NCBI GenBank assembly: GCA_944390965.1
Contig: CALXRW010000004.1
Coordinates: forward strand, 986-64,985
Direction: 5' to 3'
Length of the DNA stretch: 64,000 nucleotides
Origin: an uncultured Clostridia bacterium
GTDB taxonomy: Bacteria; Bacillota; Clostridia; TANB77; CAG-508
The position numbers and the translations under genes were made by a program. The notes beneath the pieces were generated by a model. That model made no database searches. It worked only from the letters and a program-made list of their open reading frames with translations, and had not been told where the DNA came from. Positions 41,982 to 51,592 of the stretch are shown here, piece by piece. Position 1 is the first letter of the stretch. Each line of letters begins with the position of its first letter.

Positions 41982-43139
41982 CTATCCTCCTTTCTTTTTC
42001 AATTTTAAGGTTTCAGACATAGAATGAATAGTTGACATTCCTCTTAAATTAAATACGGCTTTGACTATTTTCTCTCCTCTAGATAGTGCCATTAGGAAAA
42101 TAATGGCAAAAATAGGGGCTACCACTGCAATTTCTTCTGCAATAAACATAAATACCATATATAAAAAGGCATGTAATGGTTGAATAAATAAGTTAACTGC
42201 TAATTCTTTTCCCCAAGATTGAAAAACTTGTGAGCGATTGTCTCCTGCTCTATCAATGGCATAAGTTACTGTAATAAGTGGTGATATTACAATTAAAAAT
42301 CCAATGGTAAAAAATCTTTTTACATACATAATAAAGAATCTTGCCTGATAAAATACCAAAACAAAGTAAATAATCGTTTGGGTAATAGAGTCCCATCCTA
42401 CAGCTGTACTTATTTCTTCCATTCTGTATTCCATAATTTTTGTTTCTAATGTTAAAGCTCCTGCATTTTCTGTTAACATATAAGTAATAGAGGTTGATAG
42501 ATTAGACATAAAAATGATAATAATATGAAGCACAAAAATCATGATAAAACTTGTTAGCCAATCAAAAAACATTTTCTTGTATTTTGCTTTATCAGATGCT
42601 AGTGAGGAAATTGCCATTCTAACTCCCATATAAATTAAAATAACTATAGATGCTATGATAGCAATCGTTCTTACCCCACTGTACCAGTTTTTAACACTTT
42701 CTTTAATCACATAATTATTGGTATTGGCATTGTATGCAAAATAATTGGCATTTAACAATTCAATTCTATCAAACACCAAGCTTTGTACCGTAAGAGTATC
42801 TTCTGGAGTTGTACTATATTCTCCAGGTCTATTGTTTCCTGTAGTAACAGCTGTTGTCATTAATGTAGATACAATCCATGGAATAAAAGTTAATACATGA
42901 GTAATTGCACTTGCAGTTGCTGGAGCAGAAGACTCGGTTGGTGCAATTGTCTTATCCCCTACACTGCCTTCTTGATATATGTCGTCAACATCACTCCCGG
43001 TTAATTCATTATCTATTTTTTGAAAACTTTCTGCCTCATGCCCATTAAAAACTTCTGAATCATCACTACCATAAGATACTGTTATTGTCTGGAAAAGAAT
43101 AGCAAATATTAACATACATGTAATTACTTTTTTTCTCAT
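41982..43139 (-). CDS. VirB6/TrbL-like polytopic membrane protein
   Basis: MYVKRFFTIGFLIVISPLITVTY..WGKEL..NLFIQPLH; paralog of the two downstream. Confidence 0.75.
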   Translation of the reverse strand: MRKKVITCMLIFAILFQTITVSYGSDDSEVFNGHEAESFQKIDNELTGSDVDDIYQEGSVGDKTIAPTESSAPATASAITHVLTFIPWIVSTLMTTAVTTGNNRPGEYSTTPEDTLTVQSLVFDRIELLNANYFAYNANTNNYVIKESVKNWYSGVRTIAIIASIVILIYMGVRMAISSLASDKAKYKKMFFDWLTSFIMIFVLHIIIIFMSNLSTSITYMLTENAGALTLETKIMEYRMEEISTAVGWDSITQTIIYFVLVFYQARFFIMYVKRFFTIGFLIVISPLITVTYAIDRAGDNRSQVFQSWGKELAVNLFIQPLHAFLYMVFMFIAEEIAVVAPIFAIIFLMALSRGEKIVKAVFNLRGMSTIHSMSETLKLKKKGG

Positions 43140-43160
43140 GGTAGTTTTTTCATCTCCTTT

Positions 43161-45119
43161 TTATTTTTTTTGTGATAATTTGTTCAAGTTTGTTTCAATA
43201 AATTCAAATTCTTTTTTGGTTGGTCTAATAGAAAGAATTGCGGTATCTTCTCCTACTTTTAAGAGTCCTTCTCCTCTATTACATGTTGTTAAGAAATACG
43301 CTTCACCTTCACTAAGTTTAAATACTTCTTTTAAATATTCAATTTCAGATTTATCTTGTGCTAAAAACAATTTTGTATCTGATGAAGTAAGTACAGCTTG
43401 TACTTCCGGTTTTTCATAAAAGTCTTGGAATTTTTGTGATACAACTGCTAATGATACATTTCTCTTTCTGGCACGTCTTGCCATTGTATTTAAGAAGTCA
43501 ACAGCTTCTGGATATGGTAATAACATCCATGCCTCATCTACTAGAACTCTTTTTTTCGTAGCTTTTTGTTTATCTTCACTATTCTTTTTAACATATTTTT
43601 CCCAAATCCATGATAGCAAAATTTGTTGTGCAAGTGGTCTTGCAAATCTTTCTTCTAGACCTGAAATATCTAGATTAATAAATGGAACACTATCTAATAA
43701 ATCAAAAGTAGATTGTCCATCGAAATACGCCATCTGTCCATCATATTCCCTTACATATTGTTTCATAACTTTAATCAAATAGCTATAATGGAATCGGTAA
43801 TCTGGGTTATCATTAGACTTAGAAGTTTCCACTAGTCTTTTATACCATGAACCTATGGTAGGCATTGCCTTTTTCTCTTTTCCAATAAAATTTCCAGAAG
43901 ATACATTTTGTGTATTGCTGGTATACATACTTTCTATTTTATTTGTTATTCCAATTGCGGTATATTCTTGTGCTACGGTTTCTGCTATAATTTGTTTGGT
44001 AAGCTCATTTACCTCTGTGCTTCTTGTGCTACCTCTTGCCATTGTTAAAAGTGCTTGTGTTACGTCTTCTACTTTATTTTCTACATTTAATACTGTTCTC
44101 TCTTTTCCTGTTATTTCATCTTTTACTACTTCTGGCTCAATATCAAATAAGTTAATAACCGTATTAGAATTCGGGCTAATTACTACATTAATACCACCTA
44201 GCGCTTCTGCTACAACTCCATATTCACCTTCGGCATCTAGTGCTAAACTTTCAATTCCCATTAAAGCAGAAGAGCGTGCTGTTAATGTTTTAATCGTAAC
44301 ACCTTTACCTGCACCAGATTTACCAAAAATAACCATGTTATAATTATTTAATGTTGGACTAAAATTATCAAATAAAATTGGTAATCCTGTTTGTCTATTA
44401 AATCCTAATGGAATTCCATTTTCATGTCCTACCTCTGAACTAAAAAATGGGAAAACCGTAGACATGGCACGTCTATCAAATGTATGACTTTTACTAATTT
44501 TATTCTCACATAGTGGCATATTACTTTTAAATGCCTCATCTTGTATTGCCCAAGCAGGTTTAACCCCAATTAATGTTTTTGACATTTCAGATGCTAAGAA
44601 TTCTGTATATCGATCTAATTCTTCCAAGCTATAGGCAAATAATGTACATACAATTGTACTATCAAATAGTTTATTAAAACCTGCTGCAATTTGGTCTCTT
44701 AATTCTTCTGCTTCTAACCTCTTTTGTTCTAGAATTCTTTCTCTGTTAATATCTCCTCTATCTAGAGCTACAATTCTTTCGGACTCTAATTCATTAATAG
44801 TTCTATTTAGTTCATTTTGGGATGTACTTTCACTAACTGGATTAATAAATACAGATACATTTAAATCTCCAAAAGTATACATAGCTCTTAAAAATTCAGG
44901 GAAAGTACACATTCTAGGTAGAGTTGCAACTATCATACTTCTGGCATACCTTGTTTTACTTGCTGTAATTTCTATATGGTTTGCATGGCTGGCATCAATT
45001 CCAGCTGGTGCTATTAAATCTTTAATAGAATTTGCATTTTTCTTTAAGAAACTTTCTTCTTGTTTCTCTTTTGATAAGTCTTCAATTGTTTCTTTTTTCT
45101 TTCCAAACATTAACCTCAC
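43161..45119 (-). CDS. virB4: VirB4-family (TraE/ConE-like) ATPase
   Basis: N.NMVIFGKSGAGKG; LDAEGEY; VLVDEAWML; RRARKRN..VSQ; GEGLL. Confidence 0.88.
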   Translation of the reverse strand: MRLMFGKKKETIEDLSKEKQEESFLKKNANSIKDLIAPAGIDASHANHIEITASKTRYARSMIVATLPRMCTFPEFLRAMYTFGDLNVSVFINPVSESTSQNELNRTINELESERIVALDRGDINRERILEQKRLEAEELRDQIAAGFNKLFDSTIVCTLFAYSLEELDRYTEFLASEMSKTLIGVKPAWAIQDEAFKSNMPLCENKISKSHTFDRRAMSTVFPFFSSEVGHENGIPLGFNRQTGLPILFDNFSPTLNNYNMVIFGKSGAGKGVTIKTLTARSSALMGIESLALDAEGEYGVVAEALGGINVVISPNSNTVINLFDIEPEVVKDEITGKERTVLNVENKVEDVTQALLTMARGSTRSTEVNELTKQIIAETVAQEYTAIGITNKIESMYTSNTQNVSSGNFIGKEKKAMPTIGSWYKRLVETSKSNDNPDYRFHYSYLIKVMKQYVREYDGQMAYFDGQSTFDLLDSVPFINLDISGLEERFARPLAQQILLSWIWEKYVKKNSEDKQKATKKRVLVDEAWMLLPYPEAVDFLNTMARRARKRNVSLAVVSQKFQDFYEKPEVQAVLTSSDTKLFLAQDKSEIEYLKEVFKLSEGEAYFLTTCNRGEGLLKVGEDTAILSIRPTKKEFEFIETNLNKLSQKK

Positions 45120-45131
45120 TCCTATCTTTCG

Positions 45132-46367
45132 TTATACTGTTCTCTTGCCTTTTATTGTTCTTTTACTTAATTTTTCTATTTGATCATTTGTTAATTTTTC
45201 TTGTGCTTGTCCTGTAATTTGGCTCTGTTCTTCCTGTGTTTTTTCTATAATTTTCTTTTTAGTTCCTCTAACTAAGTCATCACTCATTTGGTCTTTATAT
45301 TGGTCTACAATATTTAATGCTCTTTTTTTGACTTTTTCTGTTCTAGCTAATTCGGCTTTTTTCTCTTTTAATTCTTTATCTGCTTCTATTAAGCTTTCAG
45401 AAGCTAATTTAGCTGCTTGCATATCCATCTTTTCTTCTATTTGCTGTTTCTTCTTTTCTAATACATCTCTTCCTATATTATATAAAGCATCATATTCTGC
45501 ATCTAGTGCTTTAGATAATTGAATTAGTTCCTCATCATCTCTGTTATAAGCAACATATAAAAGTTCTGCTAATTCTTCAGAATTTAATACTCTACCACTA
45601 ACTGATGATGTTGCTAAAGAACGAATTAGAGATTCACATCTAGTATATAATTCAGAAAAACACATGTTATCAATTTCTTCTTTAGAATATGTACTCATAT
45701 TTCCAAGTTCACTTGAAAAATAGGATACCACTACATATGTTTTTTGTTGTAATACATTTTTATTTAAACTTAATCTTCCAACATAATCAGTAATATCAGA
45801 AGTATATTCCAAAATATTTTTCTTTCTTTTTTCTTGGAATTTTAAATCTTTTATTGCTTTTTCGTTTTTCCTTAATTGTGCATCTCTTAGTTGAATACGA
45901 ATTTGTTCTAATTCATCTTCTACTTGTCTTACTTTTCTCTTATATTCATCTGTAATATCTCTTAAATTCAAGCTTCTTGTTTGTACATATAATTGGATTG
46001 GATATCTTAGAATATTTAAAAATTGTACGAATCCTTCTTCTACAGCTATTTTTTCCTCTTCTGAAAGTAAATCATAATTTACACCTTGGCACTGTATTAC
46101 CATTACATATTGTTTTCTACCTTTTCGTACAATCATATTATCTTTAATTTCATCAAATTCCATAAAATTATAGATAGATTCTCTAGTTAATCCTGGTTGG
46201 TATTTGCTGTCTGATTCTTTCCCCTTTTCATCTTTATTTGGACTTTTCTTCCCTGCCTTTTTTTCTTGTTTTGAACTTATAAATAGCATTAATCCAATAA
46301 TTGCTACTACAACAACTAAAATTACAATTGCAATACTAGTAACCATCTGAAGTGTTTGACCATCCAT
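45132..46367 (-). CDS. Membrane-anchored VirB4-associated protein
   Basis: TM; IKDNMI..GVNYDLLSEEEK..F..FLN.L.YPIQLYVQTR; lies between prgI-like and virB4. Confidence 0.65.
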   Translation of the reverse strand: MDGQTLQMVTSIAIVILVVVVAIIGLMLFISSKQEKKAGKKSPNKDEKGKESDSKYQPGLTRESIYNFMEFDEIKDNMIVRKGRKQYVMVIQCQGVNYDLLSEEEKIAVEEGFVQFLNILRYPIQLYVQTRSLNLRDITDEYKRKVRQVEDELEQIRIQLRDAQLRKNEKAIKDLKFQEKRKKNILEYTSDITDYVGRLSLNKNVLQQKTYVVVSYFSSELGNMSTYSKEEIDNMCFSELYTRCESLIRSLATSSVSGRVLNSEELAELLYVAYNRDDEELIQLSKALDAEYDALYNIGRDVLEKKKQQIEEKMDMQAAKLASESLIEADKELKEKKAELARTEKVKKRALNIVDQYKDQMSDDLVRGTKKKIIEKTQEEQSQITGQAQEKLTNDQIEKLSKRTIKGKRTV

Positions 46368-46705
46368 TATTTTTCCTCCTCCTTTGTATATACATAAATC
46401 TTACGATTCATTTTAAATTTAATATATTTTTTTATAATTTCGTCTACAGAGTCTCCTCCTATTTTTTTAGTTACTGGAAAAGCTGCCAAAAATGGTATTT
46501 TTACCGTTCCTATAGCAAAGCCTAGTAATGCAAAAATAACCAGAAATGCAATTCCTACATTACCAATTCCAACAGCAGCAAATATTAAATAAAATATTGA
46601 ACCTAGAAGTGCACCTACAGCTGTTGTAATAAGTGATTTCACACTAAAAATGTACAAAATTCTTGTTTCTCCTCTTAAATTTCGAGGGATATTATAAGTC
46701 CCCAT
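46367..46705 (-). CDS. PrgI/VirB3-like membrane protein
   Basis: Y.IPRN..GETRIL..FSVKSL, two TM helices, upstream of virB4. Confidence 0.75.
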   Translation of the reverse strand: MGTYNIPRNLRGETRILYIFSVKSLITTAVGALLGSIFYLIFAAVGIGNVGIAFLVIFALLGFAIGTVKIPFLAAFPVTKKIGGDSVDEIIKKYIKFKMNRKIYVYTKEEEK

Positions 46706-46729
46706 TTTTTATCCTCCTTTGTATTTATT

Positions 46730-47929
46730 TTATATTTTTTGATATTGTTGTACAAGCCATTTGATTGCTTCTCTTTCGTCTTCATTCACAATGGTGCCAT
46801 TAACTTCTCCATTTGCATATATATTATTTATCAAATATTCTCCTTGAGTTCTTAATGTTTCTTTGCTTTCTTCATCCAGTTTTTCAAAATTAGAAATGTA
46901 ATAGTCTATTCCATTTGTTTCAATATTTTCTATTATTTGATCCATTTCTTGATCTGTAATCTGTGTTTGTATTCTTCCAGATTCATCAAATTCGATTAAA
47001 TCACTTAGTGCTGTATCTCCTTCTGTTAAAACAAGTGATTTCATTAAATATACAAATGAAGGATATACTGAATCATATATTGGTTCATTTAATGTATAAT
47101 ATCTTTCTATATTTTCACAAAATGTATTCATAATCTTTTGAGTGTTTCCCGTTTGAGTTGGAGTTTGTGGTGTTGATCCTCCCTGTTGGATTTGACCTTC
47201 TCCCTCCACTGATTGCATTAATAAATTACTTGCAATTGACCAAATAGTGTATGCAGAAAAAATAACAAGTGCCGAAGCAATTAATCCTATTAATTGTTTT
47301 TTTATGGTTGCCTTTTTATCTGGTGTTGCCATCATATATTTAATTCCCATTACTAGAGTTGCAATTGTTAAAACAATGATAGCTACTGTCATTAATAATT
47401 GCCCTATTTCCACAAATGGTTTAGAAGCTTTTTCTAAATCTAAGCTTTCCTCTGAAGAACCTTTATGTAAAAAATTCGTTGCCAATTGCCATAAGCTTTC
47501 TGCGGTTTCGCCTTTATATGATGGACCAGCTTCTATTATTTTCACGATTTTTCCATCCATATTAATACAAGTATCTAGCCCATTTTTTACATTATTTACT
47601 TGATCTCTTGTATAAAACTCTAATTCATCCCAATTTAAAGAATTATACTGCTCCGCTAATAATTTAGCAGCCTCCATTCTAGATTTAATCTGGTCTTCTG
47701 TGTAATTTTCTCTTACCCCTTTCGTCCAGTCATCTTCTGAATATTGTTGAATATAATACCAGTTATACTCGTTAGGATATCTTTCTGATAAAAAAGCATT
47801 GACTTCTTCTAACCATTCATCAGGTGATGTGATATTGGATAAATTATTAGAAGTCGACCATACTCGTATAGAAAATAAGGGAAATAAAATGGTCATCACC
47901 GTTAAAATTAAAAATAACTTTTTCTTCAT
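46730..47929 (-). CDS. VirB2/TrbC-like pilin domain with large N- and C-terminal extensions
   Basis: LVMGIKYMMATPDKKATIKKQLIGLIASALVIFSA. Confidence 0.75.
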   Translation of the reverse strand: MKKKLFLILTVMTILFPLFSIRVWSTSNNLSNITSPDEWLEEVNAFLSERYPNEYNWYYIQQYSEDDWTKGVRENYTEDQIKSRMEAAKLLAEQYNSLNWDELEFYTRDQVNNVKNGLDTCINMDGKIVKIIEAGPSYKGETAESLWQLATNFLHKGSSEESLDLEKASKPFVEIGQLLMTVAIIVLTIATLVMGIKYMMATPDKKATIKKQLIGLIASALVIFSAYTIWSIASNLLMQSVEGEGQIQQGGSTPQTPTQTGNTQKIMNTFCENIERYYTLNEPIYDSVYPSFVYLMKSLVLTEGDTALSDLIEFDESGRIQTQITDQEMDQIIENIETNGIDYYISNFEKLDEESKETLRTQGEYLINNIYANGEVNGTIVNEDEREAIKWLVQQYQKI

Positions 47930-47970
47930 CTTATTCCCTCCTTTCTTCTTATACAGCTATCTTATTATAT

Positions 47971-47999
47971 ATTATAGTATTTCTTAACTTCTTTTTCAA
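47971..47999 (-). promoter_or_regulatory. sigmaA-type promoter for the prgI/virB4 operon
   Basis: TTGAAA-N17-TATAAT. Confidence 0.65.
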
Positions 48000-48054
48000 C
48001 AATAATCGCCATTTTTTCATAATGTCATCAAAATGTAATATAATTGTAATATTA

Positions 48055-48486
48055 TTAACCCGCAGTAGCTTGTAACATAAAATTATATACTGTATTCCAA
48101 ATAGTATAAGCACCTGCTAAAATAGCTGTTGCTACAAGAATACCTATTAATTTTTGCTTCAAGTCGGCTTTTTTCTGTGGTGTTGCTACCATATATTTAA
48201 TTCCTATTACTAAAATTGCAATAGCTAATATAATATATCCTACACTTACCATAATTCTAATTACAGGAATCATTTCACTTGAAAACAAATCTGCAGATAA
48301 ACCTTGTTCTTCTGCTTCTGCATCATCTATAAATGCTTTCCCATCTTCCCAAAAATTAGAAAAAATACTGCCTCCACTTATATTTTCAGCAGTATTATTA
48401 GCATAACAAGAAATAGGAATGAATAGAATTCCTATTAAAATAATCAAAATACAATATGCCTTTCTTTTTTTTGTATTGCTTCCCAT
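48055..48486 (-). CDS. VirB2/TrbC-like pilin
   Basis: Signal peptide; VIGIKYMVATPQKKADLKQKLIGILVA. Confidence 0.8.
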   Translation of the reverse strand: MGSNTKKRKAYCILIILIGILFIPISCYANNTAENISGGSIFSNFWEDGKAFIDDAEAEEQGLSADLFSSEMIPVIRIMVSVGYIILAIAILVIGIKYMVATPQKKADLKQKLIGILVATAILAGAYTIWNTVYNFMLQATAG

Positions 48487-48498
48487 TCTACCTCCTAT

Positions 48499-48877
48499 TT
48501 AGCCTTTTGCAATGTCATAAATAATGCTTAAGATTGTTACTCCTGCAAAAAGAATTATTGCCCCAATCCCATAAAGAACTAATCTAGATTTCACATCCGC
48601 TTTTTCTGAAGGACTAGATACCATATACTTGATTCCGAATAGAAATTAAAACCAATACTGCTACTGTGTAGCCTACATATTGAATAATATAAATTATTCT
48701 ACCTCCAAAAGTATAAATTCCATCTCCTCCACTTGGATTCGTAATATCTTGAAATTTAGATGTGTCTAACTGAGATGATGTTGCAGTTCCAGACGTTGCG
48801 CTAACACTTGTCACAATAGATAATAATAATCCAAATATTAAAATCATGGCTATTGCCTTTTTCTTCATTTTTATCAC
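48499..48877 (-). CDS. VirB2/TrbC-like pilin; +1 shift at CGG 48635-48637
   Basis: VLISI[C]GIKYMVSSPSEKADVKSRLVLYGIGAIILFAG..IAKG*; stop at 48499 abuts next RBS. Confidence 0.85.
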
Positions 48878-48893
48878 ATTCCTTCCTTTTCCA

Positions 48894-50174
48894 TTACTGT
48901 AGTATATTATTTATAATTGCGTAAGCTATTTTCCATATGGTATATGCTCCAAAGGTTATTACTGCTGCTGTAATAATTCCTATTAGTTGTGTTTTTAGCT
49001 TTCCTTTTTCATCTGGCCCAGCCATAAAATATTTAATTCCTAAAATAAGAAATATAATAGGAAATATAATTGTTGCTGCAGTAATTAAAATTTGTCCAAT
49101 TCTAACAGCTATCTCTGTAATTTGTTCTTCTGAAACAGTAGGTTCTGCACTATTAATGTAATTTTGTGCTTGTCCTAGCCATTCATCTGGGGTTCCAGGA
49201 TTATTTCGAATACTGTTAATCATATCATTAACTTTTGTCAATAACTGTTTTAATAATGTTTCATCCTCCACGATATAATCATTTTCTCTTAAAAGAGTTT
49301 TAATCTCGTTTCCCAATGTCTCTAATTCTTCTCTACTCATTGTTAAATATTCTTTGTTATTATATATATTATAAAATCTTGTTCTATCTGCATCACTGAG
49401 AACTGCAAGTCCTTTAAGTTCTTCATATTCAACTTTTCCCGCTGTCATACTAACAATTTCATCATACATCCACCTAACTGCCTCTTTCTCATATTCTGCC
49501 CATTCAGAAGCTTCAATCGCATCCCATAATCCATCCATGACTGTTTGTGCTCTTTTTTTCGTATCTTCATTCCATTCTAGATTATTTTGTTTTAAATCAA
49601 CATAAAGTTCATAAGCCTCTCTTACACGTTCAACATTGTTATATCCTGCATTATGTACTGTATTATTAATTAATTCTGTTATAATATCTAAGTTGCTAAC
49701 CTGTTCTTCTGGAATCTCTTCATCATTTAGCAGATTATTTTTCACTTCTGTTTTTAGGTTGTTTACATCTTGCAACATTGCATATAATAAATTCCCAATT
49801 TTTTCCATGTCTTCATTGCTGATATTATACATACTTTGAGCCTCTTCGTGTTGCGTATTATACCTTTCTATTAAACCATCTATTACTCCTATACCAGTGT
49901 CCGGTACGAGGTTATTTAGTTTATTTAAATCCTCTTCTGTTGCAATTCCCATTTCTAAATTATCATTGACAGTTTTAATCGTATTATAATGTAGTTGCAA
50001 ATCCTGAAAATTTAAAAAAGAGTACTCATATGTATATTTTTGATTATCATTTATAAATTTTTCATAATCTGAACTTTCGATATTTAAGTTAATTGCTAAA
50101 CTAGGATTATAAATAAAAAAACATAAGAAGCTAGTAATAAAAATTAATATTAATTTAATAAAATATCTTTTCAT
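48894..50174 (-). CDS. VirB2/TrbC-like pilin domain with ~300-aa helical N-terminal extension
   Basis: ILGIKYFMAGPDEKGKLKTQLIGIITAAVITFGA. Confidence 0.75.
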   Translation of the reverse strand: MKRYFIKLILIFITSFLCFFIYNPSLAINLNIESSDYEKFINDNQKYTYEYSFLNFQDLQLHYNTIKTVNDNLEMGIATEEDLNKLNNLVPDTGIGVIDGLIERYNTQHEEAQSMYNISNEDMEKIGNLLYAMLQDVNNLKTEVKNNLLNDEEIPEEQVSNLDIITELINNTVHNAGYNNVERVREAYELYVDLKQNNLEWNEDTKKRAQTVMDGLWDAIEASEWAEYEKEAVRWMYDEIVSMTAGKVEYEELKGLAVLSDADRTRFYNIYNNKEYLTMSREELETLGNEIKTLLRENDYIVEDETLLKQLLTKVNDMINSIRNNPGTPDEWLGQAQNYINSAEPTVSEEQITEIAVRIGQILITAATIIFPIIFLILGIKYFMAGPDEKGKLKTQLIGIITAAVITFGAYTIWKIAYAIINNILQ

Positions 50175-50207
50175 TGCTACCTCCTTACCTTTATATTTCT
50201 ATAATTT

Positions 50208-50573
50208 TTATTTAAATAACTCCAATCCAAAACCTTTTAATAATTCTACAATTCCAATTGCTCCAAAAAATAACACTGCACCTACTACATAAATAATAGC
50301 ATATTTTTTCACATCTGCTCTTTCATTTGGGGCAGAATATACATATTTAATTCCTAATATAATCAATCCAATTACTGCCAATCCGGTTCCTACTAATTGA
50401 AAAACTGTATATATTTTATTTCTAAAACTATTCATCTGACTTACAGTCTGAGTATCTGGACTTTGTATATGACTTTCAATTTGATCAAAAGGATTACTTG
50501 CTAATACAATGGTCTGAAATAAAAATACAAATATAAATAGTAAAATTAAAATGTTTAAAATTTTTATTTTCAT
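50208..50573 (-). CDS. VirB2/TrbC-like pilin
   Basis: ILGIKYVYSAPNERADVKKYAIIYVVGAVLFFGA. Confidence 0.82.
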   Translation of the reverse strand: MKIKILNILILLFIFVFLFQTIVLASNPFDQIESHIQSPDTQTVSQMNSFRNKIYTVFQLVGTGLAVIGLIILGIKYVYSAPNERADVKKYAIIYVVGAVLFFGAIGIVELLKGFGLELFK

Positions 50574-50611
50574 ACATTTCGCCCCTTTTCTTCCTAATAT
50601 CTCTTTATTTT

Positions 50612-50640
50612 ATTATACCTCAAAAAAAGTGCAAAAGCAA
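50612..50640 (-). promoter_or_regulatory. sigmaA-type promoter
   Basis: TTGCTT-N17-TATAAT. Confidence 0.65.
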
Positions 50641-50682
50641 CAAAAAGCAACAAAAAACAAGCTACTCGCTTGTTTTATTGTA

Positions 50683-51045
50683 TTATATAATTTCATTCAC
50701 TGCAACAATCACAATTCTTAGAACGATTGATGCTGAAAAAATTAAAACTGCACCTATCAAATAAATTAATGTTTGCCTTTTTATATTTGCTTTTTCTGTT
50801 GGAGCTGCTATTATGTATTTTCCCCCAACAACGACAATCATAATAACTGCAATCCCCATCCCTACTGCTTGTACTACCCCAATGGTAATTTCCATAGCAG
50901 AATTAATTTTACCGCCATCATTAATTTGTGTTTTCTGTATATCTTCTTCCCATCCAGCAGCTTCAGTTTTTGCAAAATTACTAAACAATAGCATTATAAA
51001 AAGTGTTAATATTAAAATAAAAATACATTTTACTACTTTTTTCAT
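50683..51045 (-). CDS. VirB2/TrbC-like pilin
   Basis: VVGGKYIIAAPTEKANIKRQTLIYLIGAVLIFSA; terminator at ~50652-50678. Confidence 0.82.
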   Translation of the reverse strand: MKKVVKCIFILILTLFIMLLFSNFAKTEAAGWEEDIQKTQINDGGKINSAMEITIGVVQAVGMGIAVIMIVVVGGKYIIAAPTEKANIKRQTLIYLIGAVLIFSASIVLRIVIVAVNEII

Positions 51046-51066
51046 TTTTTCTCCACCTTTTATTTT

Positions 51067-51095
51067 ATTATACCGTAAAATCTTATAAAAGGCAA
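51067..51095 (-). promoter_or_regulatory. sigmaA-type promoter
   Basis: TTGCCT-N17-TATAAT. Confidence 0.65.
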
Positions 51096-51151
51096 GAAAA
51101 AAGAATAAGTATTTCTACTTATTCTTTTTAGAATTGCCTAATTACTATTAA

Positions 51152-51523
51152 TTAACCTCCAGATTCACCTGTATTAACAACTTCTGAAGAGAATGATTGA
51201 ATAATTCCTAATATTCCAGATGCTCCAAATAGTAAAACTGCACCTAATACATAAATTGCTGCTGATTTTTTTACGTCCGCTTTTTCTGTTGGTGCTGCTG
51301 TTACATATTTAATTGCTAAAACAATTAACATTATTACAGCAGCTGCCATCGCAACGGCTTGAATAACTCCAAGAACTACTCCAGAAGAGGCGCTAATGGT
51401 TTCAGTTGTATTTCCCGCTGTTGGTTTTGGAATGTTAATTGCCCTAATTACATTTACAGAAAAAGATAATACAAAACACATTGTTATTATCATAGCAATT
51501 ATTTTTACCTTTCTATCACTCAT
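51152..51523 (-). CDS. VirB2/TrbC-like pilin (candidate major subunit)
   Basis: VLAIKYVTAAPTEKADVKKSAAIYVLGAVLLFGA; AAAGGAGG RBS; terminator at ~51097-51129. Confidence 0.85.
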   Translation of the reverse strand: MSDRKVKIIAMIITMCFVLSFSVNVIRAINIPKPTAGNTTETISASSGVVLGVIQAVAMAAAVIMLIVLAIKYVTAAPTEKADVKKSAAIYVLGAVLLFGASGILGIIQSFSSEVVNTGESGG

Positions 51524-51556
51524 AACAATCCTCCTTTATTCAACTATATATAATTA

Positions 51557-51585
51557 ATTATAAAACAAACTTACAAAAAAAGCAA
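51557..51585 (-). promoter_or_regulatory. sigmaA-type promoter
   Basis: TTGCTT-N17-TATAAT. Confidence 0.65.
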
Positions 51586-51592
51586 CATTTTT

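Noticed and set aside
27387-51523. Integrative conjugative element
   Set aside because: No integrase, relaxase, coupling protein or flanking direct repeats visible in the window.
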